From an uncultured virus (IMG/VR IMGVR_UViG_3300005965_000003) (Duplodnaviria; Heunggongvirae; Uroviricota; Caudoviricetes): a stretch of 64,000 nucleotides of DNA. Each line of letters starts with the position of its first letter. Position 1 is the first letter of the stretch. The DNA lies in the IMG/VR virus record IMGVR_UViG_3300005965_000003. One strand, given 5' to 3'. Of the stretch, positions 8,637 to 18,535 are shown piece by piece. The translations under genes and the position numbers were made by a program. Under the pieces are notes generated by a model. It was not told where the DNA came from, did not search any database, and worked only from the letters and a program-made list of their open reading frames with translations.

Positions 8637-8664
8637 AGAGATATCCATTTTAAAAAAGTATATT
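8637..8664 (+). promoter_or_regulatory. putative phage early promoter
   Basis: AAAAAAGTATATTAC, intergenic, upstream of MoxR operon. Confidence 0.7.
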
Positions 8665-8693
8665 ACAAAGAACGGAATTTGAGGAGGATAGGA

Positions 8694-8951
8694 ATGCTCA
8701 AGCAGACAACTATGGTTAAGGTGCTGGATCCAGGAGAAAACTCTACTGCTCTCTATGTGGGCATGGAAGGATACCCCCTGGGCATCCCGAAGGAATCAGT
8801 GGAGAGTTACAGAGAACGAGCACGTATGATACTTGATGAGATGTCCACCGACTTGAACTCCACAGGGATAAGTGCCCTGCTTGCGGCCCTGGTGTATGTG
8901 TACCTTGGGGAGAACTATATAGGAAAGAATAACGAAGAAGATAAGCACTAA
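8694..8951 (+). CDS. hypothetical protein
   Basis: GAGGAGG RBS before ATG 8694. Confidence 0.65.
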   Translation: MLKQTTMVKVLDPGENSTALYVGMEGYPLGIPKESVESYRERARMILDEMSTDLNSTGISALLAALVYVYLGENYIGKNNEEDKH

Positions 8952-8976
8952 TCAATAGCCTAAATGGAGGTTACGA

Positions 8977-10188
8977 ATGGCAGGGACGATGAATGCGAAG
9001 CAAACTACGGATGCTCTTATTTTCTATCCGATGTACAAATCCATACTGCTTCGATCCAATCATGGTATGGGTAAGTCATCCATGATTTTTCAGGCAGCGC
9101 AGAAGAGAGAAGAACTTTTCGGATACAAATGTAACGTGGTGGACCAGCGCCTTTCTCAGAAGGACGTTGGTGATATGACCGGTCTGCCTCATCAGGTGAA
9201 TGGGCGTACCTATTTCGCCCCACCCGATTGGTTTCCGCTTCATAAAGATGATCAGGAAAAGCTCCAGGAGCTCTTCATGGTTACCGATCAGGTAATCGAT
9301 GGTGAGTTCGGGGAGAATGGCTACCTCTTCCTGGATGAGCTTGATCGTGCCTCACGCCCAGTGAAGGCAGCGGTCTTTGAGATCGTTCTGGATCGCCGAC
9401 TTCATGGCAGGAAAATCCCTGATGGTTGGCGTGTGGTAGCTGCTATCAACGGTAGCGCTTCCTGCTACCAGAACGATACTATGGAGACTGCTCTGCTTTC
9501 TCGTTTCGCCGTTATCGACTTCCGGCCTACGGTGGAAGAGTGGTGGCGGCATTGCTCAGAGATTGGTGTCCACGATTCGATTATCGAGTTCACCAAGTTT
9601 AACGATAAGTTCGTGGATCCTACCGACGAATATCTCGAAGAGCATATGGATGAGAAGCTGTATGATCGTCGCTCATGGGTGCATCTGTCGGATGCCATCA
9701 GTGAGTTCGAGACAAATCATAAGAAGGGACTCTGCCCCTACAGCATTACCGGTAAGGACAGTGCCTCCCAGGCATTTGCCCTGGGTGTCATTTCCTCCTA
9801 TGTGGGAACGGATGCGGGTCGTGCCTACCACGATTTCCTCCGGACTCAGTACAAGGGTCTTACCGCTGAGATGATCCTCGATCAGTGGACCGACAGTATC
9901 AAGAAGAAGGTCCAGAGACTTGTCGCGGATGAGGACCGCATTGTAGAGCTTGGACACTACAATGAGGAAGTGATCAATTTGATCAAGAAGCGTGGTAAGA
10001 ATCTGGATGATGATCAGACGAAGCATCTCTATGAGTATATGACCTGTCTGAACAGAGAGCTTTCCGTAAGCTTCTGGAAGTACTTCAATAAGGAAGCGCG
10101 GGAGATCTCACTGGCATGGTACAGTGATAAAGAATACGGAGAGAAGATACAGGACTTTATCCTTGGACAACTCGAAGAGGTCAAATAA
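8977..10188 (+). CDS. MoxR-like AAA+ ATPase
   Basis: Walker A SNHGMGKS, Walker B LFLDELDRA, VVAAIN, ALLSRF. Confidence 0.9.
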   Translation: MAGTMNAKQTTDALIFYPMYKSILLRSNHGMGKSSMIFQAAQKREELFGYKCNVVDQRLSQKDVGDMTGLPHQVNGRTYFAPPDWFPLHKDDQEKLQELFMVTDQVIDGEFGENGYLFLDELDRASRPVKAAVFEIVLDRRLHGRKIPDGWRVVAAINGSASCYQNDTMETALLSRFAVIDFRPTVEEWWRHCSEIGVHDSIIEFTKFNDKFVDPTDEYLEEHMDEKLYDRRSWVHLSDAISEFETNHKKGLCPYSITGKDSASQAFALGVISSYVGTDAGRAYHDFLRTQYKGLTAEMILDQWTDSIKKKVQRLVADEDRIVELGHYNEEVINLIKKRGKNLDDDQTKHLYEYMTCLNRELSVSFWKYFNKEAREISLAWYSDKEYGEKIQDFILGQLEEVK

Positions 10189-11507
10189 TGAAATTGTCAC
10201 GGCGGGATCAGGAAAAATGGGACTGGCACATGGGTTTCATCTGTGCCCAGGACCCATTCGTCCACAACCTCTTGCTCATCATGAGCAAGAGGCCCACCAA
10301 AGCAATCGCCACAATGGGTGTTACGGTACAGGAAACTGGAAACATTATCCTGTACTACAACCCCGACTTTTTCAACAAACTTCCCGAAAAACAGATACGC
10401 TTCGTGATATGTCATGAGATTTATCACGTAGCACTACACCACACTACGACCCGTAAGCCCCTCGATAAGATGGAGCATGAGCTTCATAATATGGCTGCTG
10501 ACCTGGCTGTGAATTCTTTGCTTACTGCCGGTAGCAATCATTATCGGGAGATGCCTACGGGAGAATACAAGGGTCTGCTGCCTAAGAATTATGGCTTTCC
10601 TGAAAAGCTTTCCATGGAAGATTACCTGGAACTGCTGAAGAAGGATATGCAGAAGAATCCTCAGAACTATATGTCTCTGCAGCAGGACGGCGACGGAGAC
10701 ATGCAGGATGGCTCCGGTGGCGGTGACGGGGAAGATGATGTTGATGAAGAGGGCGATGGTGGAGAAGACAGTAAGAAAGGTACCGGCAAAGATGGGAGCA
10801 AGAGAGGCAAGTACGGGGATGGTAAGAACGGTGGCTTCGATGCTCACGGAGGCTGGCAACCCAACTCCTATGCTAAAGAGAAGATAAAGGCAAAGATTGA
10901 GCGCATGGCTCGCAGTGAGAAATCCTGGGGAGATATGCCAGCGGATATCAAGATGATAATCCTGGCTGCTCAGAAGAGTAAGGTCGATTGGAGAAAGCAG
11001 TTCCGGTCTTTTCTTGGTAACACTATTTCTCCTGAGATGGATCCTACCATGAAGCGGATGAATCGCCGGTTCGGCTGGCCCTTCCCAGGTAAGACTCCAC
11101 ACTATATCTCTCGTGGTCTGGTGGCTATAGATACCTCTGCTTCTATGAACCCTAAGCAACTTGGTCAATGCATTGTGGAGATCAACGCTATCAGGGAATA
11201 CTACCCTGTTGATCTTGCTATGTTCGATGCGGACATCGAGCTTGGGCCTATCCCCTGGGACTCAAAGAAGATCAAGTTCGAGGGTAAGGGTGGGGGTGGT
11301 ACTTCCTTCCAGCCGGTGATGGACCTGGCTGAGAAGAAAAAGTACAGCACCCTTGTGATTCTCACGGATGGTATGGCTCCTGAATGCACTCGCCCTAAGG
11401 GAGTGCGTGATATCATCTGGGGAATTATAGATCATGATACCCCTCCGGTTCCCTGGGGGAGAAGGTTTAAGATAGAATCTCCTGCATACATGAAGCATGG
11501 TTTTTAA
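10188..11507 (+). CDS. metallopeptidase-vWA protein (DUF2201-like)
   Basis: HEIYH zincin motif, NMAADLAVN, acidic Gly-rich linker, MIDAS DTSAS, GGGGTSF, ILTDG. Confidence 0.88.
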   Translation: MKLSRRDQEKWDWHMGFICAQDPFVHNLLLIMSKRPTKAIATMGVTVQETGNIILYYNPDFFNKLPEKQIRFVICHEIYHVALHHTTTRKPLDKMEHELHNMAADLAVNSLLTAGSNHYREMPTGEYKGLLPKNYGFPEKLSMEDYLELLKKDMQKNPQNYMSLQQDGDGDMQDGSGGGDGEDDVDEEGDGGEDSKKGTGKDGSKRGKYGDGKNGGFDAHGGWQPNSYAKEKIKAKIERMARSEKSWGDMPADIKMIILAAQKSKVDWRKQFRSFLGNTISPEMDPTMKRMNRRFGWPFPGKTPHYISRGLVAIDTSASMNPKQLGQCIVEINAIREYYPVDLAMFDADIELGPIPWDSKKIKFEGKGGGGTSFQPVMDLAEKKKYSTLVILTDGMAPECTRPKGVRDIIWGIIDHDTPPVPWGRRFKIESPAYMKHGF

Positions 11508-11516
11508 TTTTTTGTT

Positions 11517-11544
11517 TTAAAACAAATGCGCAAAGGAGTATATT
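11517..11544 (+). promoter_or_regulatory. putative phage early promoter
   Basis: GGAGTATATTAC core. Confidence 0.55.
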
Positions 11545-11547
11545 ACT

Positions 11548-11740
11548 AATGATGCGACTTTATGAGCGCACCCGACCTCCTTAGGAGGCGGGCGGTGATG
11601 GTGTGAAGCTATTGATTTGGCTCTTAGTTAGTAGTGTGTAACCATTCATCGTTAACTTTATATTAATTAATTAGGTTACCAAGAGCACTCACATGTGATG
11701 GGGCAGGAGATAATTATTAAATTTCCTGCCCCAATTTTTT
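11548..11740 (+). ncRNA. candidate small RNA (promoter-to-terminator unit without a substantial ORF)
   Basis: Hairpin CCCG-A-CCTCC-TTA-GGAGG-CGGG; ends in terminator; only an 11-codon ORF. Confidence 0.4.
11700..11740 (+). terminator. intrinsic terminator
   Basis: GGGGCAGGA-N15-TCCTGCCCC-AATTTTTT. Confidence 0.7.
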
Positions 11741-11750
11741 AGGAGGAGCT

Positions 11751-12105
11751 TTGAAGAAATCCAAGATCCTGGAAAGGTACAGCAAACTCAATCTGGGGAG
11801 TACTGCTGTTAAGATTATAGAAGGTTATCTTAAAGATCTTGAGAGAGGGGAATTTAGCAGAAACCTATCTCATCACTAAGAACGGTCATTCATTTCCTTG
11901 TCAGCTTACTCATTTCTACGCAGACGCTTTGCGCTTCAAGGTGCTAAGCAACCCTAACCCTCGTAAGTCGGGTGCTAACTTCCATACGATCACTTATATA
12001 TCGCTTAGCCGAGGGGTGAAGATTAATAAGATCCATAAGAAGGAACTGCCAATGTATATGGGTACAGCTACCCAACATATGGCAGAGGCACTGAGGAAAA
12101 ATTGA
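11751..12105 (+). CDS. hypothetical protein with LPL-type tail; probable frameshift near 11847-11850
   Basis: AGGAGG RBS before TTG 11751; removing one G from GGGG joins it to track ORF 11839-12105 ending KKELPMYMG. Confidence 0.5.
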
Positions 12106-12130
12106 ATTAAGGATTACACAGAAGTATATT
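12103..12130 (+). promoter_or_regulatory. putative phage early promoter
   Basis: GAATTAA-N12-AGTATATT. Confidence 0.7.
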
Positions 12131-12133
12131 GAT

Positions 12134-12260
12134 AATGTTCTTGGCGTGTGGAAACTTCAATTCGACCCTTAGTTGGTAGTGGTAAGCACGTTCTCGTATC
12201 TTATTAGAATAGAAAATCAAGGGTTAAGGAGAAGGAGGTAAAACTTCCTTCTCCTTTTTT
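12134..12260 (+). ncRNA. candidate small RNA (promoter-to-terminator unit of about 125 nt)
   Basis: Only a 14-codon ORF with no RBS; ACCCTT/AAGGGT pairing; strong terminator. Confidence 0.4.
12226..12260 (+). terminator. intrinsic terminator
   Basis: AAGGAGAAGGAGG-TAAAA-CTTCCTTCTCCTT-TTTT. Confidence 0.8.
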
Positions 12261-12290
12261 ATTGGTAAAAACTTATTCAAAGGAATTCAT

Positions 12291-12659
12291 ATGAGGACAC
12301 AGGTTTTTGCTCACAATGGTTTCTTGGGCATTATGTCAGGTGTGGGTGCCGAGGGCCTTCTCAACAAGCCGAAAGATCCCGGTCAGTTGGGCTTTGTGGT
12401 TGATGCCGAGTATGTGGATATACAGCCGGAGGCACTGGAGCTTCTCAAAAAGATTCCGAAGTCCTGTGACGATATCGGCGATGTGGATGTATTCAAAAGT
12501 GAGAATGGTATTGTGTTCTCCTGGCTGGGTGGGCCCCGTACTGCTCTTAAACCCGATAAGGCTTCCGGTAGTAGTTCCTATGATCCTTCTCTCCTGAAGG
12601 CCAACCCAAAAGTGGAGACCCCCAAAGATTTTATCGAAGCCACAGAAGGCTGGAAATGA
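12291..12659 (+). CDS. hypothetical protein
   Basis: AAGGA RBS; protein-like composition. Confidence 0.75.
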   Translation: MRTQVFAHNGFLGIMSGVGAEGLLNKPKDPGQLGFVVDAEYVDIQPEALELLKKIPKSCDDIGDVDVFKSENGIVFSWLGGPRTALKPDKASGSSSYDPSLLKANPKVETPKDFIEATEGWK

Positions 12660-12766
12660 CTCTTCGATACGGAAAGGGGAGAGAATGAGTACGTAATTGA
12701 AGATGATGAAGAGACACCCCAATCTTTTCCTCAAAAAGGAGCTACAGCTTTACGGGATAGAATAAC

Positions 12767-12940
12767 ATGAAAAAGATCATCCTTATAGGATGCACTCTTG
12801 CCTTAGTGCAGGGGTGCAGTTGCGATAAGTACAAATACGAATGGGACAAATGGGAAAGGTTCATACCTAAGCCACGTACGGAGGAATTATGTCCGGTTAC
12901 ATCGGAGCGAAAATCGACCCCGAAGTCTATGAGATCGTGA
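12767..12940 (+). CDS. small putative lipoprotein (57 aa)
   Basis: MKKIILIGCTLALVQG-C lipobox-like signal; overlaps next gene by 52 bp. Confidence 0.4.
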   Translation: MKKIILIGCTLALVQGCSCDKYKYEWDKWERFIPKPRTEELCPVTSERKSTPKSMRS

Positions 12941-13548
12941 AGAACAAAGCCCCGGGGACCAGGAATCAATATCAACGGATATCAGTTTATCAGACAAAAG
13001 TGATTCAAGGTTTCCCTCCCTTCTTCTGTAAGGTACACAGTGATGCCATCCCTGAGGAATACAGAGGGAATTGTGACACGTCTATAGAGTATAGAGCAAG
13101 TATCTATATGGCGCTCCGTGGCTGTTACGGAAAGGGAAGCCATACCTATATAGTCATGGAAAATGAAGATAGCATGCTCAGTCTCGATGAGACGGAAGCA
13201 ATGGACAAAGCCGCTGAATTCAATGAAGCTATGGCGAGCAGTCGTATCAGGCGTTACATTACAGCCTACGCAGTGACGCGGCACTATGGAGGTCCTGAAG
13301 AAGGCGGTTGGTGGTATAACGCCTACAACCCAATCGCAAGTGTGGATGTTCCCTCTCATCTGCAATTCCCTAACGTATCAGAAGAGTATGAAGATGAGCT
13401 TGATGCTCTTATGGAAAAAGTACGTAAGGAACATTCAGAGGTTATTGAGGGCGATATCAGTTCCGTCCTTGGAGGGACAGCGCTTGAAGTACTGGTAGAG
13501 CCAACGAAGAATCATTATCAGACGTTGGGAAGACCTCACTATGAGTAA
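12889..13548 (+). CDS. hypothetical protein
   Basis: GGAGG RBS; RHYGGPEEGGWWY motif in C-terminal half. Confidence 0.8.
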   Translation: MSGYIGAKIDPEVYEIVKNKAPGTRNQYQRISVYQTKVIQGFPPFFCKVHSDAIPEEYRGNCDTSIEYRASIYMALRGCYGKGSHTYIVMENEDSMLSLDETEAMDKAAEFNEAMASSRIRRYITAYAVTRHYGGPEEGGWWYNAYNPIASVDVPSHLQFPNVSEEYEDELDALMEKVRKEHSEVIEGDISSVLGGTALEVLVEPTKNHYQTLGRPHYE

Positions 13549-13748
13549 GACGATTACTTACTGGGCCTCTCGGAATCCCGAGGGGCCTTACACCCTCAGA
13601 TGATGTGCTGGATCTTATCACAAACGTTCCTTTCCAGAAGTATATCGAAAGCGGAAGCAAAAAAAGCTACGTCTCCTGGATGGAGGAAACCCTCACCAAA
13701 ATCTGGACTCCTGATAAGATTCTGAGAGAAATAATAGAGGATAATTGA
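13541..13748 (+). pseudogene. small ORF split by a 1-nt frameshift at CCC (about 13593-13595)
   Basis: MSKTITYWASRNPEGPYT in one frame continues as SDDVLDLITNVPFQKYIESG...EIIEDN* in a startless adjacent frame. Confidence 0.4.
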
Positions 13749-13773
13749 TTAAATAGTTTTAGAAAAGTATATT
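13746..13773 (+). promoter_or_regulatory. putative phage early promoter
   Basis: GATTAAA-N12-AGTATATT. Confidence 0.7.
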
Positions 13774-13821
13774 CAAACAACCCTTATCAAAACAAACTCA
13801 TTTTTTAACAAGGAGCTATCA

Positions 13822-14829
13822 ATGAAAAAGGGAGTGGTAATTCTTTCTTTGGCCCTCGTTCTCTTGGTCGTCACCGTAATCAGCGGATTCACCTGGTACA
13901 AAGGAACCATAGGCTACAGCTTGCAGCAGGTAAAAAAAGCTGTAGAAAAAAATAACTATGTTCTTTTCGAACAGTATGTTGACGTAGATGCTTTCTCAGA
14001 ATCCTTTGCGGATCAGTTGGTGGAAACAGCCCTGAAATCTGACGAGGATATCGGTGGCGACGATGGATGGGAAGCATTGGGTATGGCATTTGCTGCGGGG
14101 ATGGCAGAGGTATTTAAACCCACTTTGATCTCACAAGTCAAACGGCAAACCAAACAGCTTGTGACCGAGGGGGCTGCTATTGACTCTATCTTGGACACTA
14201 CCCTTACATCCAGCAAATTTATATCAATCCTGAGTAAGAATACAAAGATCCAGAAGGCAAAAAATGCTGCTGCTCTGACAGCCATGGTGCCTCAGGATAG
14301 TTATGATACCACTCTGGCTGTTGAGCTAAAGCTGGTAAGAGCCGATGATCAGTGGAAAATCACAGAATGGAGCAACGTCGGTTCCTACGTGGAGAGTGCC
14401 AAGAACCTCGTTTATATGGCAAACAAGAGAAGGAATGTAGAAAACCGCAAAATGATCAAAGAGGTCATCGAATGTAAAAAAACTGACTTTGTAGTAGTTC
14501 CGGATGGGTACTACTCAAAGCTTCTTGTATGTGAGGCTCTGGTGGAGGGTGTGTCCCAGCGCCCGGTCAAAAGCTTTAGTGGGTTTTACCATATCATTTC
14601 AGAAGAGGGAAGTGATACTCTGATGTCTATTAAAGCAAGATGGGGAGATTTCATCGGAAGTGGAGAAGAAGAAATTATACAATGGAAACTGGAACTTAAC
14701 GCCTATGATGATGAGGATATCCAGCTGATAAACACTGACGGGGAGGGGTACACCGGTGACCTCGAAATCACCGAAGTGGCTTTGGCTGATGGTGACATAA
14801 TCCTTCTTCTACCGGAGAGCTCCGACTAA
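13822..14829 (+). CDS. membrane-anchored protein, DUF2939-like N-terminus
   Basis: N-terminal TM helix then YSL.Q...AV......FEQYVD pattern. Confidence 0.65.
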   Translation: MKKGVVILSLALVLLVVTVISGFTWYKGTIGYSLQQVKKAVEKNNYVLFEQYVDVDAFSESFADQLVETALKSDEDIGGDDGWEALGMAFAAGMAEVFKPTLISQVKRQTKQLVTEGAAIDSILDTTLTSSKFISILSKNTKIQKAKNAAALTAMVPQDSYDTTLAVELKLVRADDQWKITEWSNVGSYVESAKNLVYMANKRRNVENRKMIKEVIECKKTDFVVVPDGYYSKLLVCEALVEGVSQRPVKSFSGFYHIISEEGSDTLMSIKARWGDFIGSGEEEIIQWKLELNAYDDEDIQLINTDGEGYTGDLEITEVALADGDIILLLPESSD

Positions 14830-14860
14830 AAGGAAGCTCCGACTAAGAGGAGAGTACAGG

Positions 14861-14893
14861 TAATGGGAAGGTCCTTTGTGGATCTTCCCATTA
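14861..14893. terminator. stem-loop (possible terminator)
   Basis: TAATGGGAAGGTCC-TTTGT-GGATCTTCCCATTA. Confidence 0.55.
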
Positions 14894-14953
14894 AGTAATG
14901 AAGAAAGATTTTTATTAGACCAATAGAAGTACAAATTAATTGCGGAGGTACTT

Positions 14954-15214
14954 ATGGTGGATACATCACCTACCTGCATCGATTACTCCAGAGAAGACCT
15001 GCAAAAGCTCATGGAGAACTCCCGAGAAGGTACCATTATCTACGAGCACCTTCTGGAGACTGACTGTGACCCCGAGAAGTTTAAAGAGTTTATGAGAGAC
15101 TTTAATAAGGAGTACATTCTCATATACCATACTCCTTTGAGAGAAATCCCTACAATGATCAATGACCCTTTTGGTCAGGGTTTCGTGAACTGGAGATGGA
15201 GAATAGGCAAATGA
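14954..15214 (+). CDS. LPL/WR-GK tail family protein
   Basis: GGAGG RBS; ends ILIYHTPLREIPTMINDPFGQGFVNWRWRIGK. Confidence 0.8.
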   Translation: MVDTSPTCIDYSREDLQKLMENSREGTIIYEHLLETDCDPEKFKEFMRDFNKEYILIYHTPLREIPTMINDPFGQGFVNWRWRIGK

Positions 15215-16308
15215 GTGCTCTAACTTATAAGATGGCTGTAGCGATCTCTGAGAACAAGGAAGCATCTCAGAAGAGATCTGTCCCTGTTCTTGCTCGTGAG
15301 TTCTCAATTGAGAATCCCTACTACGCTTTTCAGGAAATGATTCTGAATTGGGCTCCCCGCGATGTACGATTGGAACCATCATATAGAGAAAATCATCGCG
15401 TTGTACAGACAGATAGTGAGTTTATGCAGGATGTCTTTCGAGGCATCTCTACTCAGATAATAGAAAAGAAATCCGCTCTTAATCGTTTTACTGTAGGTAT
15501 CTTCTTTCAGTCAAATATGGCTGAGTTTGAGAAGTACAACGAAATAGTACGGCAGCATAACGAGCGGTGGGAAAAGGCTGGCAAACCGATTGATAGATTG
15601 GATCCGGTAACCGGAGATGTCACCCCACTATCCGATACCCATATGCGGAGTGCAATTGCTGAGTCTCCTTTTACTTCAAAGTTAAAGGTACGCCCTAAGA
15701 GCGGTACCTTGAGTAAGGCCGCTCCAAAGATTGAGCGTTCGCTCATGATCTCTATTGAGTTCTCAATAAATCTTGAGGATGATCTCTTTACGGTGGGCTT
15801 TGCCGCTAAAAACTCTAAAGGGGAAATCCTGTATTATAATATCCTTCAGGAAAAAGATCTGGCTTACCTTGCTCGACGGATTACCCAGGAGCTCTTTGGG
15901 AATCACTTGGTGGAGGGAAACCAGGGGCCCTTCCTTGAGGGGATCACCTACCTGATACAGGGTAAGAAGCTCAGCATCTGTAGAAACAATGAACGTCCTT
16001 CTTTTCTTATTGGGCGAGTATCCTTTAAGGAAGATGGAATAGAGAAAGAATCCCTGAAGTTCACGCACTTGCTCATAAGTATTGGTACTCTTGCTTTTCA
16101 GTATGTTGTACCAATATATCTTACGTGCTATGTGGTTTATAGTATGTTCTCAGAACTTATTAAAGATGATGAAGATCAGACTAGATCATTTGGGAGATGG
16201 GTAGTAGTGCTGGTTTCCTGTTTTATCATGATATGGATATCAGGAAAGCTGGCTAAATGGATGGGAGCAAAAAGAGATTCTATTAAGCACCAACTCAAAT
16301 TCATGTAG
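15211..16308 (+). CDS. hypothetical membrane protein (two C-terminal TM helices)
   Basis: ATGA overlap; two hydrophobic segments near C-terminus. Confidence 0.75.
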   Translation: MSALTYKMAVAISENKEASQKRSVPVLAREFSIENPYYAFQEMILNWAPRDVRLEPSYRENHRVVQTDSEFMQDVFRGISTQIIEKKSALNRFTVGIFFQSNMAEFEKYNEIVRQHNERWEKAGKPIDRLDPVTGDVTPLSDTHMRSAIAESPFTSKLKVRPKSGTLSKAAPKIERSLMISIEFSINLEDDLFTVGFAAKNSKGEILYYNILQEKDLAYLARRITQELFGNHLVEGNQGPFLEGITYLIQGKKLSICRNNERPSFLIGRVSFKEDGIEKESLKFTHLLISIGTLAFQYVVPIYLTCYVVYSMFSELIKDDEDQTRSFGRWVVVLVSCFIMIWISGKLAKWMGAKRDSIKHQLKFM

Positions 16309-16316
16309 GAGGAAAT

Positions 16317-16997
16317 ATGGCTAAAAGCACAATCGATGCAGCAGACGCAGTCAAGAAGACCACTACCGGGAAAGACTCTGCGGTACGTGAGATGGATGTT
16401 GCTTCGGCGTCCCTCGGTCAGGGTCAGTCGCAGGTTAGTATCCGTACAACGATTAAGGAGTTCCAGCGCTTCTCTCTTCTGGAGAAGTCCTATAAGGAAC
16501 AGAAGGATGAGAAAGCTGAAATCCTCCGTATGTTTGTTGGGAATGTCAGAGACAAGGATGCTCTGGAGGGCGACTATCAGAAGTCCTTCCGGCTGGTAGC
16601 CGAGAAAAAAGACAAGGTTGAACGGGCTGTTACCGTTTCTCAAAGAGACTCCTTCTCTCTCCCGAAGAAAGATACGGAGATGGATCTCATTAAAGATCTG
16701 GTTGGCGAAGAGTTCTTCGGTGAGAACTTTGAAAAAGTAACCACCATCGCCATCAAGAAGAGCATCCTTAATAATAAGGAGAAGCGCAGAGAACTCTCCA
16801 AGATTCTTGCCAAGGCCTTGGGAAAGGACGGCATGAAGAAGTACTTCGAGAAGAAGGAAGAGTGGGTCGTAAGGGACGGTCTGGATCAGAGACAGTATGA
16901 GCTTGGTAAGGATAAGCTTACTGAGTTCAGAGGCTTCGTGAAGCCCTCCAAAGATAGTGTAAGTGATTCCACCACTCTTATCGATGGGGCATCATGA
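16317..16997 (+). CDS. hypothetical Lys/Glu-rich protein
   Basis: AGGAGG RBS. Confidence 0.8.
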   Translation: MAKSTIDAADAVKKTTTGKDSAVREMDVASASLGQGQSQVSIRTTIKEFQRFSLLEKSYKEQKDEKAEILRMFVGNVRDKDALEGDYQKSFRLVAEKKDKVERAVTVSQRDSFSLPKKDTEMDLIKDLVGEEFFGENFEKVTTIAIKKSILNNKEKRRELSKILAKALGKDGMKKYFEKKEEWVVRDGLDQRQYELGKDKLTEFRGFVKPSKDSVSDSTTLIDGAS

Positions 16998-17488
16998 GTA
17001 CTTTGAATGTTCGTGATTGTTTTATAGCGAGTAGCATCGATCTCATACTGGAAAAGTATGAGATCGATGACGAGAGGTATCAAGAATATCTTTCTGATTA
17101 TGACGAAATGGAAGCCTTAGAAGAGCTTATCCAAGAGTCACACATTTCCTATGTCCTGGTATCAGTAACTATTATTCCCGATGGTTACCAGATCGTGATA
17201 GCTGATGCTCCCTCGAAGATGAGCCCTCAGATTGAACAACGTATGAGGAACCGGAAAGATATAGCAGAGAGTTATATAAAGAATCCCACTGATTTCCAAT
17301 GGGATGTGCTTTCAAAACATATCATGCAAAATGAATTGGGGATTCCTCAACGTCTCGCAAGCATCCTCGAACTATGTGAAGTCTATGATGAAGATGTTGA
17401 GGAGCGAGTACTGAGAGAAACACTCGATGATTTAAGAACCCGTCTCAAGAATATGCTCAAAGCTATTCAAAATGTGGAGCCCGTATGA
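16994..17488 (+). CDS. hypothetical acidic protein
   Basis: ATGA overlap. Confidence 0.75.
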   Translation: MSTLNVRDCFIASSIDLILEKYEIDDERYQEYLSDYDEMEALEELIQESHISYVLVSVTIIPDGYQIVIADAPSKMSPQIEQRMRNRKDIAESYIKNPTDFQWDVLSKHIMQNELGIPQRLASILELCEVYDEDVEERVLRETLDDLRTRLKNMLKAIQNVEPV

Positions 17489-18027
17489 ATATAGATATCA
17501 AGTATCAAGTAGACTCGGACAAACTTACCCAGGCTTGTGAGCTGGTTGGTAAGTCTTTGGGGAGTGTTTTGCAGGAGATCAATAAAGCATCCCAGGAAAT
17601 GGGAAGCGAACTATTCCGCAAAATAATCCGGACAACAAAGCTGACTAATAATGACATATTGTTCGAAAATTATCTCCACTCGGACGGACTCCTCTACTTT
17701 CCCATTCAAGTCAATGGGTATCCGGTCGAAAGGGTAGTCGGCGGTATTAAGGAAGAAAGAAGAGATAAAGAAGCGATGAGGTTAGTCACAAGCTACTATT
17801 TATTGTGTTCAACCTACGGATCTTTTCTGATGTTTCGGATCCAGGATGATAAGGCCATTTGGTCTGGAGGCCTGAACGGAACTGTTCAACAGAGATTCCA
17901 GCAAGCAGACTTTGGGGGGCTATTCAGGTACTACTCAACGATCTACACGAAGCTGAGGCCCTCCCAGGTACTTAATTTGTATGACCCAGACAAAACCTAT
18001 AAGTACCTGGTAGAAGCGGGGAAGTGA
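17485..18027 (+). CDS. hypothetical protein
   Basis: GGAG RBS, ATGA overlap. Confidence 0.75.
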   Translation: MNIDIKYQVDSDKLTQACELVGKSLGSVLQEINKASQEMGSELFRKIIRTTKLTNNDILFENYLHSDGLLYFPIQVNGYPVERVVGGIKEERRDKEAMRLVTSYYLLCSTYGSFLMFRIQDDKAIWSGGLNGTVQQRFQQADFGGLFRYYSTIYTKLRPSQVLNLYDPDKTYKYLVEAGK

Positions 18028-18085
18028 CAGATTAATTTAGAGAGAAACAGAAAAATTTGGTGATTACCCTATTTTTTTATTGAAA

Positions 18086-18113
18086 AGTTTGGCATTTTTC
18101 CGTAAAATATATT
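18086..18113 (+). promoter_or_regulatory. putative phage early promoter (variant AATATATT)
   Basis: AAAATATATTAG in intergenic region. Confidence 0.45.
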
Positions 18114-18146
18114 AGATTAACCTCGTACTTATGAAAAAGGGGAGAC

Positions 18147-18524
18147 ATGAATCCATTAAAATGTACTAAAACTGGAGGCTCTCATCTCTTCGATTGTACT
18201 GAGGAAAAAGTAGAAGAGATTAGGTGCCAAAAATGTGGAGCCTCCTACTTAAGCTTTCGACAATATGAAGATGCATATAACGAAATTAAGAATGCGACTA
18301 CGAAAGTGATCGACTCAACAAATGTATTCTCTGCTGATTTTGTAGCGGCTGCTGTTTATGATGCATTCCGCCATAATCACAATACTCTTAGACAGAAGTT
18401 TATCAATTCCATCCAACAATTCATTTCTATTGCTTCAAATGATTGTACTGATGAAAGGGACGAGGCTTCCATTGAATGGTGCCAGAAGGTAGCCAAAATC
18501 CCTGCTCAATTCCCATTTATTTAA
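18147..18524 (+). CDS. hypothetical protein with N-terminal Cys/His zinc-finger-like motif
   Basis: C..T.G.H...C..CG; GGGGAG RBS. Confidence 0.75.
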   Translation: MNPLKCTKTGGSHLFDCTEEKVEEIRCQKCGASYLSFRQYEDAYNEIKNATTKVIDSTNVFSADFVAAAVYDAFRHNHNTLRQKFINSIQQFISIASNDCTDERDEASIEWCQKVAKIPAQFPFI

Positions 18525-18535
18525 TCGGAGGTTTT

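Noticed and set aside
14818..14846. 12-bp direct repeat AGCTCCGACTAA at the end of the DUF2939-like gene
   Set aside because: Only two copies 5 nt apart and no matching copy at the other end of the gene; most likely a local duplication, not an att site or array.
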